Of a DNA stretch of 64,000 nucleotides, positions 1 to 13,400 are shown in pieces. The notes beneath the pieces were generated by a model. The model was not told the origin of the DNA and ran no database searches. It worked only from the letters and a program-made list of their open reading frames with translations. The translations under genes and the position numbers were made by a program. Location: positions 23,068,848 through 23,132,847 of the forward strand of contig CM120643.1 of the NCBI GenBank assembly GCA_051362555.1, read 5' to 3'. Origin of the DNA: Lingula anatina. Taxonomy: Eukaryota; Animalia; Brachiopoda. Each line of letters opens with the position of its first letter. The stretch's first letter is position 1.

Positions 1-2464
1 ACTTGTAGCTTGTGTTCCATGGAGGCATTCAGTGCCCACGTCTCTGAACCATAGGTGATTGCCGGCAGCACACAAGTATTGAACACTTTCTTTTTCAGGC
101 AGGTAGGAAGGTTGCTCTTGAAGATGTCATTGTGCTTCCCATACGCTGCCCATCCTGCTTTTATCCTTCGTTGTATTTCTTTCTCCAGTGTTCGATCACT
201 AAGGCTGAACCGTTGCCCAAGGTATATATACTCTTCCACTGCGTCTATCTCTTTGGTGTTGACTTTCACTGTGCAAGGGGTGGTTAGTGGTCCAAACATC
301 ACATTTGTCTTGCTGGTGTTCATCTTTAGCCCACTTTTTGCGCTTTCATCTGCTAACGCCTGTAGCATTTCTTCTAGTTCTTTCGCATCATCTGCTACTA
401 TTATGATGTCGTCTGCAAACCTAAGGTGATTGAGCCTGGTACCGTCTATGTTTATGCCCTTGTCTTGCCAGTCTAGCTCCCTGAATATACGTTCCAATGC
501 TGCTGTGAACAGTTTAAGAGAGATTGTATCTCCTTGGCGTACACCTTTCTTGATCCTGATCTTATTGGTGGTCTTGTGTAGTTTGACTGTTACAGAGCTA
601 TCGGTGTATATGTCCCTGAGGACGTCTACGTATCCATCTTCAATCCCTAGATCTTGCAGGGATGCCAGTATATACTGGGTTTCTACTGAGTCGAAGGCTT
701 TTTCATAATCAACGAATGCTACACATAGTGGAATGTTATACTCGAGACATTTCTCTTTGAGCTGGTTGACAGTGTGCATATGATCAGTAGTGGTGTACTG
801 GCCTCTGAAACCTGCTTGTTCCTTTGGCTGCGCTTCATCTAGTTGTCTTGTTAGCCTTTCGGTCAATATTTTGGTGTAAATCTTGTACAAATTAGAAAGT
901 AGGCAGATGGGTCTGTAATTCTTGATGTCTTTCCTATTGCCCTTTTTGAACATTGTGATCATGTTGGCGTTCTTTCATGCTACAGGAATTTCCTTCAGAT
1001 GTAAGCACTTTGTGAAGAGCCTGGCTAATTCCTGAGATAGGATATCTCCTGCTTTTACCATTTCTGCTTTGATGTTGTCATTTCCTGCTTCCTTTCCGTT
1101 CTTCATTTTCTGGACTGCTGACTCTACTTCCCAAGCTGTTATGTCTGGTAGATCGCATGCCTTTGTTGAGATTTCTATTCCGTTGTTGCTGTCATACAAC
1201 TCTCCATAGAATTCTTCTACTCGTTCTAATATTTGGTCTTGTGTGGTGAGCTCATTTTCATCTTTGTCTAGAAGAGTCAGCATTCTATCCTGCCCTAGTT
1301 GAAAGGATCTCTTTGCTCTTTTCTTGCTCTTTCCATTTTCGATGGTCTCTGCTATCTTCTTCATGTTCTGCTTCCTGATGTCTTCCCTTGGCTTCTTCTT
1401 GATGGTCTTATCCAGTTCTGCATATTCGAAGTTTTTTCTGATGTCCCTGTTGTTGTTTACCTCCCTTTTCTTCATCATCCGTCTTTTCTTCATGAGAATC
1501 CTCGTTTCTGTTGAGAGCTTTGAGTCCTTCATTTTACTGGCCGGTGCGACTTCTGATGCACATTCTAGGATGGTGGTCGTTATTCTATCGTTCATTTCAT
1601 CTACTCCATCTTCACCTTCTAGCTCTAGTGTACTGAATCTGTTCGTTAGGAGGATTTGGAACTCGTCTTTCTTTATGACCAGTTGCTCGATACTAGGTCT
1701 CTTTGATGGATTTGACAGGCATTTCTGTCTGTCCTTCCTGACATTGATCCTTATCACTCCCATAACTGCTCTGTGGTCACTGCCCGCATCCGGTCTGTTT
1801 AGCACTTTCACATCCGTGAAGATGTTCGGTCTGTTTGTCATGATGTAATCAATTTCGTTTCTTGTACATCCATCTGGGCTTTGCCATGTCCATCTTCTTG
1901 ATATCTTCTTCTTGTAGACGGTATTCATGATCTTCAAGTTATTTGCTGTCGCCCATTCAATCAGTAAGTCTCCTCTTTCATTCCTCTCTCCGCTGCCAAA
2001 TTTCCCTGTGGCACGCTCTTGCTCGTCTGACTTTATCCCGATCTTGGCGTTGAAATCACCCATGACTATGTGGTAGTGGCAGTCTGTTGTCAACTGACGC
2101 TGTACTTCTTCATACAGTTGTTCTACTTCTTCATCTTGTCTGCTTGATGTTGGTGCATATACGTGAATGAGTTTCATTGAGAATCTCTGATTCACTTTGA
2201 GTTTGACTGTAGCCAGCCTTGCGCTAATTTGCTTTACCTCGATGATGTTCTTGCTTAGCGCCTTGTGTATCAGAAATCCAACTCCTTGTTAGCCATTTGA
2301 AGCATTTGTATGGTACAATATATGTCCGCTATTCAAGGTAATTAAGCGTTCTTCCGCTCGCCTAATTTCTGACAAGCCTATCACATGCCATTTAACTCCG
2401 GTGTCCTGGAGTTCAGTTTCCAATTCTGCAAGTCTTTCATTGTTCTTCAGAGTTCTTCAGAGTT
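1..2464 (-). mobile_element. RTE-clade non-LTR retrotransposon (APE endonuclease + reverse transcriptase), 5'-truncated, inactivated, running off the left edge
   Basis: One minus-strand frame gives APE motifs (IGLSEIRR, GVGFLI, VYAPTS, MGDFNAKIG, WTWQSPDG..NEIDYI, SDH) followed by RT motifs (NYRPICLLSNLYK, EQAGFR, FVDYEKAFDSV, GVRQGD, LRFADD, YIYLG, TYGSETW). In-frame stops: TAA at 2289-2291 and TGA at 975-977 (PVA*KNA, where W is expected). Confidence 0.95.
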
Positions 2465-2704
2465 ATCTTGGCAATGTCTATATGTCAGTATGAAGTTGAG
2501 CACACCAATCACTTGTTTAACTTTTGGACGATCTAAAACCTCGTGATATATAATACCCGTTGTACGCAGCATCACTGTGATAAGTATATAGTGAAGCCAA
2601 CGAGTATGAAAGCATTGTGCTTAAAATGTTTCATTAGTTGAGAATTTAAAGTGTATATTATGACATAAATGCGTTTATATTATATCTTCTATCACGTTTT
2701 CCAG

Positions 2705-5234
2705 GTCTGAACCAGTCACTGCTGTTTTTCTTTGTATACATCCCCAGTCATCTAACAAAGATGATATCTGATGTGTTAGGGTGCCCGTGGACCATACGGA
2801 TTGGTTTGGTACTTTGCTGTCTAGGACATGGACTCAGTGCCATTGCTCCCAATATGACGTTTCTGACAATTTCACGAGCTGTATTTTTCGGATTTGGACT
2901 CAATTTCTGTACGACCCCGTTGCCATTTCTTATGGCTGAATGGTTTCCGTGGCGACACCGTTACCACGTGCTTGCCACTAGCTTTCAAATGATAACTTTC
3001 CCACTGGGTAAATATAATGAAACGGTTTACTTTTTTCCTTCCGTTCCCTTTCCGGTGTTGTAACGAGTATATCTATGATTTTTGTTATTTAAACTCTATA
3101 AATTTGTCCATGGCTGGTCATTTATACAATAACACCTCTGAACCATTCTGTTGCTAGCGACAGTGCGAGACCTATTAGTGCCGTGTTAATTTTGTAGTAT
3201 TGAAATCTGTGTATTGTAGCACTTTCCAACAACACTTTCAGATATTAAAAGTTCAAACATTATTCATCTTGCAGGGTTCTTAACAGTTCCCCTATTCATC
3301 AGGTGGATAATATCAACAAGCAGTTGGAGATATTCCTTTCTCTTTCTAATGTGTTTTGGTGTGTTCCTTTGTGTTTTCACTGGATGTCTGTATCGGGAAC
3401 CAAAATCAGAAGGCGTGACGAATCCAACGAGTAGTAAAAATAAACTACAGACCACATCCTGGACTGGATGGAGAAAAGTAGCCCTGATGTCCCTTTGGTT
3501 TACGGCAGCTCTGTGCAAAGGGTTATGTCAGTCTGTGATGTATACCTTTTTGGTAAGTTTAAGACCCAATAGAAAGTAAGGGCTTCTTTTTTTTCCAATG
3601 AGACAATATACATATTTCTTTAGGATGCAAGCTGTAGGCTTCATGTACATGTATCTTATACTTTGTGTATAGTTCAATTTGTTTATTTTATTTATATATT
3701 TATCTTTTTGCGGTTTTTCTTAAAGTACCGCTTATGTCCACCGAGCAATTGTTTTGAAAAAAGACTTATATGTTATAGAAAATGAAATGCACTTATGTCA
3801 ATTACTTCATACACTGATTCAGTTGGTTTGGATGTTTTTGTATTAAGCCTACACTAATTCCTTCTTTGCTTGATGCAGGTAAAATACGCTGAAGATAAGG
3901 GATTCCATGGACTGGTTTCGACATTGCCTCTCACGGCAGAAGGAGTTGGAAACTTCACAACTCGATTTCTAGTCGGAATTTTTGGCGACTACATCAAGGG
4001 TTATTTATTATATATGTATACCGGATGCACCCTGACGCTAGCTCTTGCTTGTTTTATTTTACCTCAGAGCAAATCATTAGCCGGTGTTATCTCATTTGGA
4101 GCTGGTAGGTTCTCATTTTTTGGACACATTTGAATTTAAAAAAGAATCACTTTGTAAATATTGTGTCAGTATTAATATTACTTACATTAGATGCATGGTT
4201 TCATTAGACTCGCATTATCATCAATCTAGAACACATAGGCCAAAATATCACAACTTGAAAATTTAAGTTACCCTTAAAACAGATACAATGTGTTTCACAG
4301 TCACAGTGGTGCTAGTATGCATGGCATCATTTGGCGAAGTGTGATCACAAAAAGGTGATCGGTTTGGCGGATACGAACAGGGTTATATAAGCTGTACGGT
4401 AATTTTAATTATCGTTAAAACCAACAATTTATCAATTTTGAAAGAGGGAATTTAAAATCAATTACTGGTTTTCTAAATAATTCAGTTCTAGGAGCCGGGC
4501 AGGGTCCTATCATTGTTGCTGGTTACGCCACCGGTAACGAAGTCATGGGAGGTGAAAATGTTCACAGTTTATTTCTAATTCTGCGTGTTGGCTTGGGCCT
4601 TGGGTTGGCAGCTGGGAGTTCCTTAACAGGTGAAAAGGAAACGTAGTCCTTATATGGACAGAGCTAATATGACCGCCTAAAAAGAAAGCGCCAAAGTTTG
4701 GCCATTTTTGCGACTCGGCATGTGAGATTGTTACTTCAAGATTTTGAAAGTTTGAATTATCATCAAATCTTGCATAAACAGAAGACATAAATTGTCTAGT
4801 CTTGTTAAATGTAAATGTATCCTATAGCTTAATGAAACATCAGCACTTGGTCTTAATTATAAGTATCAATACACGCTATAATGAATGACGACTTTGTTTG
4901 CTTGTAACATGACATTACATTTTATGTCATTTTCTAAGGCCTCGCTCTGGATACGTACAGATCCCACACTTTGGTATTCAATGCATTAGGACTTTGTTAC
5001 TGTATCGCCCTGGTTGCCCAGATCACAATAATCTCATGTAACAGATTTCGATGCACTGTCACCACGCCCTCAGTGCCAGTTACTGCAAAGCGACAGACGT
5101 CAGCACCGTCGCTATTCAATACGAGGCCAAGGGAAAGCAAAGTTGTATTATACAACAAAACTGAAAAAACACCAGAAACAACTACCTTCTGTTCCAGCAA
5201 CGTGATCTATACTACTGAAAAAATCCAACCATAA
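2705..5234 (+). CDS. SLC16/monocarboxylate-transporter-like MFS protein, copy A (5'-partial; first coding exon not in window)
   Basis: Exons 2705-3007, 3275-3552, 3879-4104, 4486-4629, 4939-5234, all AG/GT bounded and in frame. Multiple TM segments and MCT-like motifs (SWRYSF, VKYAEDKG, RFLVGIFGD, GLALDTYRSHTLVF). Internal exon lengths are identical to copy B. Confidence 0.8.
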
Positions 5235-5429
5235 AGAGTTAGTGAAGGGAAACACTAGCGCAAAACTGATGTGCCATGTGGTTGTGAGTGACAGATTTTT
5301 GTAAAATGGACAACTTGAAAACTGCCGACGTACACGTACGTGTACTTGACAAGAACTTTCTCCTTGCAAGGCATGGGTTAAATAATTGTGTTTATTATAG
5401 TTTCTCTTTCAGGCTCATTGCCAGCTTTT

Positions 5430-6600
5430 CATTCTAGATTGGAGCTATATCCAAACAAACGAGTATGTACCTAGGTAAAGCATATGGAATTTATTCGTTT
5501 TCTCGCTTTTGTGGTCAGCGTTTGATACAAACGTCAGTATAGATACAAAACTGAAGAGGACTCAGTTCACTTTCTTGGTGGACATCATGGACTAGTTCTA
5601 ACAGACCAGACGAGATTTCCTCAAATGACATCGACTTCCATTTAGACTGGAGTGGAGAAGTTCCTTTGATCCACATGCTCTCCTCAAGGAAATTGAGGGA
5701 CAATCGATGGTTTACCGTATCAAAAGCCGCTTAGAGGCCAAGAGGATTAGTACATGTAGCATGGCTGAGTGTTCTAGGACCGCAGGCACACTACAATGAC
5801 CTGTTACTAATAATGGTAGCCTGGGCAGAAAAGAAAATTATTTGGTTATACACACTATGAGAACCTTTACAAAGCATGTATCCCCTCTGCTTAGTATGGC
5901 GTTTGTAAGATACAGATTATGAAAGAACTCGTTGTAGAAAAGTGAATTATTTAATGAACTTATATCGGGAAATTTTCTTATCAGAACGTAGAGGAGCTTT
6001 TGTATAATTTGAATGAAAAAATTAACAAACTTTTGGAAACCCTGTTGTTCTAGCGGAGAAATTAGTCTAAAATCAATGTGCAGGCTGGTTATGAAAAGAA
6101 ATCCCAAAGGTACCTTCTGTCAGGGTCACAGATTGATTTTTCACTAGATATTCACAGATATGTTCTGGTTAATTCATAAAATGATTTTCTGCGGTGTCGC
6201 CCTGAAGCAAAAATGCACATAATCCGTAGCCCCGTCATAAGTGTTTTTTTTAATCAAAGTGTATATAATATTAGCATACGTTATAATATTACGCTCATGT
6301 GACCCGAAACTACTGACCCGTCTGCTAATGTAGCCCGACAGAAAACCTTTTATTTTTATATTCGTGTATAAAAAATAATTTAATTTACAAGATCATGGGT
6401 ACAAAGAAATAGACAAAGCGTGCGGACATAAAGGTGTCTTTGTCGGTGGTGTCTTGGGTTCGCTATCAATGTTTAATGGCGACAGGGGAACATAGACCAT
6501 GGTACTTACGGTAGGTGTGAGGCTAGTGGTGGATAGAATAGAAGAATAGGCTGAGTAGGGAAAGTGATAAGAATTTCAAATCAAGAATTATACGGATTAT
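5430..6600 (-). mobile_element. Decayed L2/CR1-type LINE relic (RT fragment at ~5515-5750 plus putative 5' region)
   Basis: Minus translation LLGL*AAFDTVNHRL...DVHQESELSPLQFCIYT matches the L2/CR1 RT pattern LLDLSAAFDTVxH...GVPQGSVLGPLLFxIYT. 6295-6600 aligns by eye to 7875-8160. Confidence 0.6.
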
Positions 6601-7443
6601 TATGATATACCCTGGACAAGCAAGGCGAGAATATTGATATCGGTTCATCCATAGACTATAAGTAATCCTGTTTATGTAAGTAGGTATCAAGTGTTCTTTT
6701 TCACAAACCGATATTTTATAATAATAAATACTCATATGTGCATTTGGATGTCAATCCCGAATAATCAATTAGATAATATATTTCAAAGAAACCTTGTTTC
6801 AAGTGCACGTTAGGCGCGTGTAGCAGTTTAAGACATAATACTAGGATCACAATACATAAGATAACATTGTTTTAATTCATTATCATCTCACTCCTCTTAA
6901 TAATTCTGGCGTGTTTGTTTCTTACCATTCGGGTCGTTTGGGTTCAGTTTGGGACGTCGTTTAACTGTGCCACTGACATATATCAAACGTTTTTAACAAA
7001 ATACTAAAAAATGCATTATCTAATTTATTATTAAAATATTGATTTAATGACATAGAGTGAAAAATGGACAGTAGTAAAAATGTTTTCATGATCATGATTT
7101 TGACATCTGGACTACGTAAACAAGAGCATAAACAAAGTTTGAAAGGCAGGTGTTTGTGTCACTACGTTGGAGAAGAGGGTATAGTTTTGGTTTACTTGGA
7201 TGGACAGAAAGACCGTGACAGAAAATAAATACGGTGTTCGAGCGGTGTTCGGCCAGAACAAGAGCAAAATGTCAGGTGCGACCTTTTACTAAGATAATTG
7301 ACACAATAGAATCTGATCAACCCAAGTCGTGGAAATACATGACTTTACTGTTTTGATGAGAATGTCGTCTTGAATGATTAAATCTTCCTAAAATTAAATC
7401 TTCCTAAAAAGTCATACTGCAGAGGGCACAGGGTGGACAGTAC

Positions 7444-8160
7444 CATTCTAGATTGGAGCTATATCTGGTTAAGTCCTGTGATAGCTTGATTCCTGTTAAA
7501 AAGGGGTAGTCCAAGGCAACTTCCAACACCCTCTTCCATTATGAAGCTACATGTATTGGGTAACACCCGTGGCCACTTCTTTAACATGCATAGCCATGAA
7601 GTTGGACTCATGAAGCAAACTGAATACACCGAACATTCATCAAGAAATCATTGGACACAGACCTCTCCATTCACTAATCACTGGCAACTTCCAGGGGTGT
7701 AATCCCTTTTTCACATACAGCGAATCGATATTTCCTTTGTTGCGGATGCTTTGCCATAATAGTCTATTTGTGTGCAGGTCTACTGATTGTCTGCCTTAAG
7801 TAATTTTTTTGCATCAGAGTGCACTGAACGCCTCAACACTTTGCTGTAATTTACTTTATAACAATGCGCCTAAGTGACCCAAAACTACTGATCCGTTTCC
7901 GAGTCCCACATAAGACCTTTGATAGCTACAGTAATTTCATGTTCGTTCGTACAAAGTACGTAAGTTAAAAGATCATCAGTACAAAGAAATACACCAAAGC
8001 GCACGGGCACCTCGTCGGTGGCGTTTCGGCTTCGCTGTCAGTGTGCAGTGTCGATAGAAGGACGAAGACCATAGCGCACACCAAAGGTGAGTGGCAAGTG
8101 TTAGGAAGAAAAGATGAGTAGGCAGAGCAGGAAAAAGAATAAGAAGTTCAAAGCAAGAAT
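7444..8160 (-). mobile_element. Second decayed copy of the same L2/CR1-like relic (endonuclease remnants)
   Basis: Shares a 22-bp identical segment with the first relic (CATTCTAGATTGGAGCTATATC at 5430 and 7444) and a diverged ~280-bp block. Remnant APE-like peptides QSIRNK and DFLDE on the minus strand. Confidence 0.45.
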
Positions 8161-8197
8161 TAAAATGATGGACAATGAAATTGGTTAATTCGTAGAG

Positions 8198-8248
8198 TAT
8201 AATAATAATAATAATAATAATAATAATTAATAATAATAATAATAATAA
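8198..8248. repeat. (TAA)n microsatellite
   Basis: Read directly from the sequence. Confidence 0.95.
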
Positions 8249-9249
8249 TGTTTATTGAAACATAGTCGCCAACAGGTTTGTACATATCTGGATTAGAAAA
8301 ATAAATTACAAATTTACGTATTAAAATGAAGGATGTACAATACGACCAGAATGAGCCAGAATGTAAATAAAACACAGACCACTACGAGTTTGAAAAAGAA
8401 AAGGATATCAATAAAGGATATACAAATAAAGACCAAGAGGAGTTCCAAAATAAAACACAGACCACTTAAAGTTTGATAAAGAAAAAGAGATAAAGGTGCT
8501 TTCAAAACGTTCGGTTCTGAATTTTGGTACACTAAAATTTGACTGACTAGGCCTTGGTTTTCTGTGTGGTTTGCAACTTAATAGGCGTTTAAGCTTATCT
8601 CTTTCATTTTTTATTTTCGCAGAAGTCTATACTCCTCTCTTTTAAAGTAACGAGATCTGTTTTGTCTAGGGCATCAACGTATGGTAACTCAGACCATTTA
8701 AGATTAGTAGTGATAAAAACACCCAAAAAACACCGAAGTAATTTTAATTATGTCAGCAGATACCTGTATCAAATGTTCTTATGTTACATACTTATATTTT
8801 ATTATACTTACATCTGCTTCGGATATCGATATTCTGCAGTCTGCAATGGCGTCAGAAGTCGAGTACATGTATGTCAATATGAAGTGCATGTTGGGCCCGT
8901 TCAATATTCTACATATTTAAAATTAGATAAGAAAATTTTGCACAAATTGGGTCTGGATTGGCTTATGGAAGTGTTCCAATCCTTAAACAAGCAATGGCTT
9001 TTGTTTTAGGAAGGGTTCGGAAGACAGAATGGTTCCCGATGTTTCCCCTGGAAGCTAGACTATCAAAAAGTAAACCCAAAATAAAAATGTGTTTAACTAC
9101 AGCAGTATATATCTTTGTAGCAGAATGTGTTGCTATTTAGTCTAGTACTAATACTATTACTTTTCAAAATGTCAAGAGTTTCATTGCTATGTTTGGCAGC
9201 TTGGCTACCTGCAAAACCAGTTGATCCAAGTGCTATCCAATCCGCTAAT

Positions 9250-9352
9250 CTAATGTGGTCGACCAACTGGAAAGTTTGCTGCATAATTCCCTAATAGACA
9301 CTGAATAGGGATTACGCGGTAAGCTTTCAAGTGGGTTGGCCATATTTGATCC
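9250..9352. mobile_element. Degenerate copy of the MITE at 11880-12326, lacking the nested insert
   Basis: CTAATAGACACT...TTCAAGTGGGTTGGCCATATTTG matches the sequences that flank the inner element in the 11880-12326 copy. Confidence 0.55.
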
Positions 9353-10173
9353 GTGGGTCTGTTGATCTACGGATCAACTTTGGTAGTGATTGCGGCCTAA
9401 ATCTTCAAATCAAATCAACAAGAGGGATTGGGTGTGGCAGGTATATGAAACATGTGGACTTAAGTTTGATAATGTACATAAATACCGAGACTAGTACAGT
9501 AATAGCAGCATGGTGTGTGTGCAACGTACCATAAGTTTAAGAGCGGTAGAGCGTTAATGTGAATTACTTTTGTGCGGATTAAATGAAAAATGTTCACACT
9601 GTTCGACACCTTTTCTTTAGATTTCTGCACACCCCTAAAAGAAATTTAAGCTACAGCACCTGCATTGTACCTTAGATGATTAATTAAAACTCCTATGTTA
9701 TCCAACGTCCCCGACAGAGGGGTGTAACCAATAGGAAACAGTATAAATAGAGCAAACTGTTTAATGTTTAAAGTAAAGGTACATGCCCTGTAAAAATGGA
9801 CTTCGCCAATTGGTCAAATACCAATAAACAGTAAGGGGTATCAGTATCAAAAACCCTTTGGAGCAACAGCAACAGTCTTGTACAGCCCTACCTTAACTAA
9901 TAGCTTCGCTTCAGCTGTATTTAGATATTTCCAAAGCGTGTAGTAGGCAGGAGCGTGTAGTAAGTTAGTACATTACACTATTTTATACTGTTATTCCAAG
10001 ATGTTATAAAGAATAATAAATAAATTAATGCGATGAAATACATTAATGTACAAATAAATAAAAAGGATATTTAGTTATGATACCAGTAAATCGATTAGAA
10101 TATTTGTTAAAGTTTGTGGCACATTTATTTCTTTCAGCAATTCATCGCCATCATGTAAGTCTTTTTGGGTGTC

Positions 10174-10367
10174 ATGATTTATTACGGTTACATCATACTG
10201 GCTGCGGTTTTACCGATGTCTATATTCTCCGGAGGATCAACCACATCTTGGTCTGACATAGTTTCGGAATTCAACCAGCCTAGTTCTGACATGTACAGTT
10301 CTGCTTTTGTGTTAGGTAAGCTGGCAACCTCTCTCCTTCTCTCCTTCTCTCTCTCTCTCACACACAA

Positions 10368-10400
<33 letters not shown>

Positions 10401-13400
10401 CGTTTGAGTCCAAAAGAATCAGTATGAATTGTGCTTAATGTTTCAGTGGTATACAGTGAAGTGCATAAACTGAAAAAAAAGCCTTTTTATATAATATCTT
10501 TGATCACGTTTTCCAGGTCTGAACCAGTCCCTTTTGTTTGCCTTCATATATGTTCCCAGTCATCTAGCAAAGATGATAGCTGATGTATTAGGGCGCCCGT
10601 GGACCATACGGATTGGTTTGGCTATTTGCTGTCTAGGACTTGGCCTGAGTGCCATTGCCCCCAATATGGTTTTTCTAACAATTTCACGACCCGTAATATA
10701 TGGATTTGGACTGAGTTTCTGTTCGACCTCAGTGCCATTTCTTTTGGATGAGTGGTTCCCGTGGCACCATCGTTTCCATGTATTTGCTACCAGCTTTCAA
10801 GAGATGACTTTGCCTTTGGGTAAATATAGCGTAGTGATTTGCACTTTTGTCTTTACTTGTTCAGCAAATATATAACTGCAAAGCTACAACTTCCGTAATT
10901 TCCCGGTCGGAAACCTGACCTATTTATCCGTCTTTCCATTTCCTAAAATCCGCCAAATGACATAGAAAATTGTAATGTTTGGCGCATTACTGCTGCACGG
11001 TCTATAGCATACATATTGAAATGCAGGGCTGAAACGACCGAGGGTAACATATAGCAGAGGAAGAAAACAGAAAGTATTTATTCAAAAAGCGTATATCGTG
11101 AATTATGAGACGGTGCCCTTTCTTAAAGTTATGCTATTAGAAACTATATGATGTTATTTGGTCGAGTTAAGTGGCAAAGTTTCGACTTCATATGTAACTT
11201 AAATATAGTGCTGCTAACAACAGTGGGATACATGTACCTGTAACGTTTTATTTTGTGGCATTTCTTTATGTAGTCTACCGGTAGAATAGAAATGAGACCG
11301 ATAGAATTTATGTACTAATAATTCCCCCATGCATTTCTGTCTCTAGAAAATAATTAAGACATTATTTATTTGCAGGATTCGTCACGGTACCCTTACTGGT
11401 CAGGTGGATTATATCCATTTGCGGTTGGAGATGTTCGTTTCTGTGTTTAATGTGTTTTGGTGTGCTCCTTGGTGTTTTTACCGGATGGGTATATCGGGAA
11501 CCAAAACTAGAAGACGTGGTAAAATCACAGAGTTGTGAAAATAAACTACATACTACATCCTGGACAGGATGGACAAAAGTGACCGTTATGTCCCTTTGGT
11601 TTACGACAACTTTGTGCAAAGGATTATGCCAATCCTTTATTTATACATTTATGGTAAGTTTAAAGGTACACCATACGTGTTTGAAAATGTCCCTAAGACA
11701 ATGTCCCTCATGCAAAGCTACTAAATGACTGGTCAGTCATTTTAAACGAAATTATTTAATTTAAAATGGTAAAAAAAAACGTCCAGTCCAAGTCCAGGTT
11801 GAGCAATGATTCGTGTGTAGGAAAAAAATTACTTTTTTTGCGAAAAAAATCACGCAAAGGGTGCCCCAAAGATCACAAAGGCATCATTCAGAATAGGGGA
11901 CTTACTAGTCCGAGGGTCAAATACGGCGACCTACTACAAAGCTTGCCGTCTAATCCGCTAATAGACACTACCCGCAAGAAAACGCAGTAGATACTCCAGC
12001 GCAGTAGACTACTGCAATCATACTGCAAACATGCCTCAAAGCTGCTTCGAGTAGGGAGCTCATTAGCATATTTGAAACATGCTTCTATCATGCTGCTAAT
12101 CTACTGCATTAATGCTCCTCCTCTGTACAACCCTATGTAAATTTTGAAGTAGAATTGCAGTAGGCTATACTGCATTTCTACTGCAAATATGCTCCACACC
12201 ACTACTGCGTTAATGCTTCTTTGCTGCATTTTCGTGCGGGTAAATAATTACCCCGTTGGGAAGTATTCAAGTGGGTCGGCCATATTTGGCCCTCGGACTA
12301 GTTAGTCCCCTACTCTGAATGGCCCCAAACTAACACAGCCTATTAATAAGGTCTATATGAACATGCTTTTTTTAAAAATACACATTGTAAGCTTATTTCA
12401 TTTTATGCTCTAATAATTTTATCTTTCAGTCGTTATTTCTGAATATAGCACATGTAAATACATGCTTCACATCCCAAAACTACTGTTGAAAGAAAGCCAT
12501 TATATATAACCGAAAATAAATCTTTGCCAATAGCTTCATCAGATGATTCGGTCGCTTTTTGTCTTGTTTTAAGGTGTTTTGTCATATATTTATTATTCGT
12601 TATTTATTATGATTTGAGATTTTTTTTTGCTTGTGCTACCTTTTTAACTTTATTGTTTGTTGCAGGTAAAATACGCTGAAGATAAAGGATTCCATGGGCT
12701 GGTCTCTACCTTGCCTCTCGCGGCAGAAGGCGTCGGAAACTTCGTGTCTCGACTTCTTGTTGGAATTTTAGGCGACTACCTCAAAAGTTACTTGTTATAC
12801 ATGTTTGCCGGATGCTCCCTGATGTTGTCTCTTGTTTGTTTTATTTTTCCCACGAGCAACTCTTTGATTGGTGCTATCACATTTGGAGCAGGTAGGTTCT
12901 CATTTTCTAGCGATTTGATTTTTGAAGGAGAATAATTCGTGTTTTAGTATATATATTTTCCCTTAAGAAGTGTCGTTTCAGCAGACTCATATATCTTTTG
13001 TCACATAGCCTTTGTGATTTTGTAATATACTTTGTAATATGTAAAGTGATTTATGAAACCGATGTTTCACACTTCCATTCCTTATACTAGTATTGGGAGG
13101 TCATTTTGAGGATGATGATGAAAATTGTGAGATTTTTTTTTATCGGAGACGAACTACGCCTATTGTAATGCACTGCACAGATAGATGGTTATATATCCAA
13201 AGTTTGTCAATTGTGGCACAGGGTAATTAAATTGAGCAATATATTTATTCTACTGTTAATGCGTGTAATTCAGTTCTAGGAGTCGGGCAGGGTCCTATCA
13301 TTGCTGGTGGTTACGCTGCCTGTAATGAAGTCATGGGAGGTGAAAGTGTTCACAATTTATTTCTCATTCAGCGTGTTGGATGGGGCCTTGGATTGGGGTC

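Noticed and set aside
55-1848. Plus-strand ORFs 55-429, 430-708, 1299-1514 and 1324-1848
   Set aside because: They are antisense shadows of the RTE ORF.
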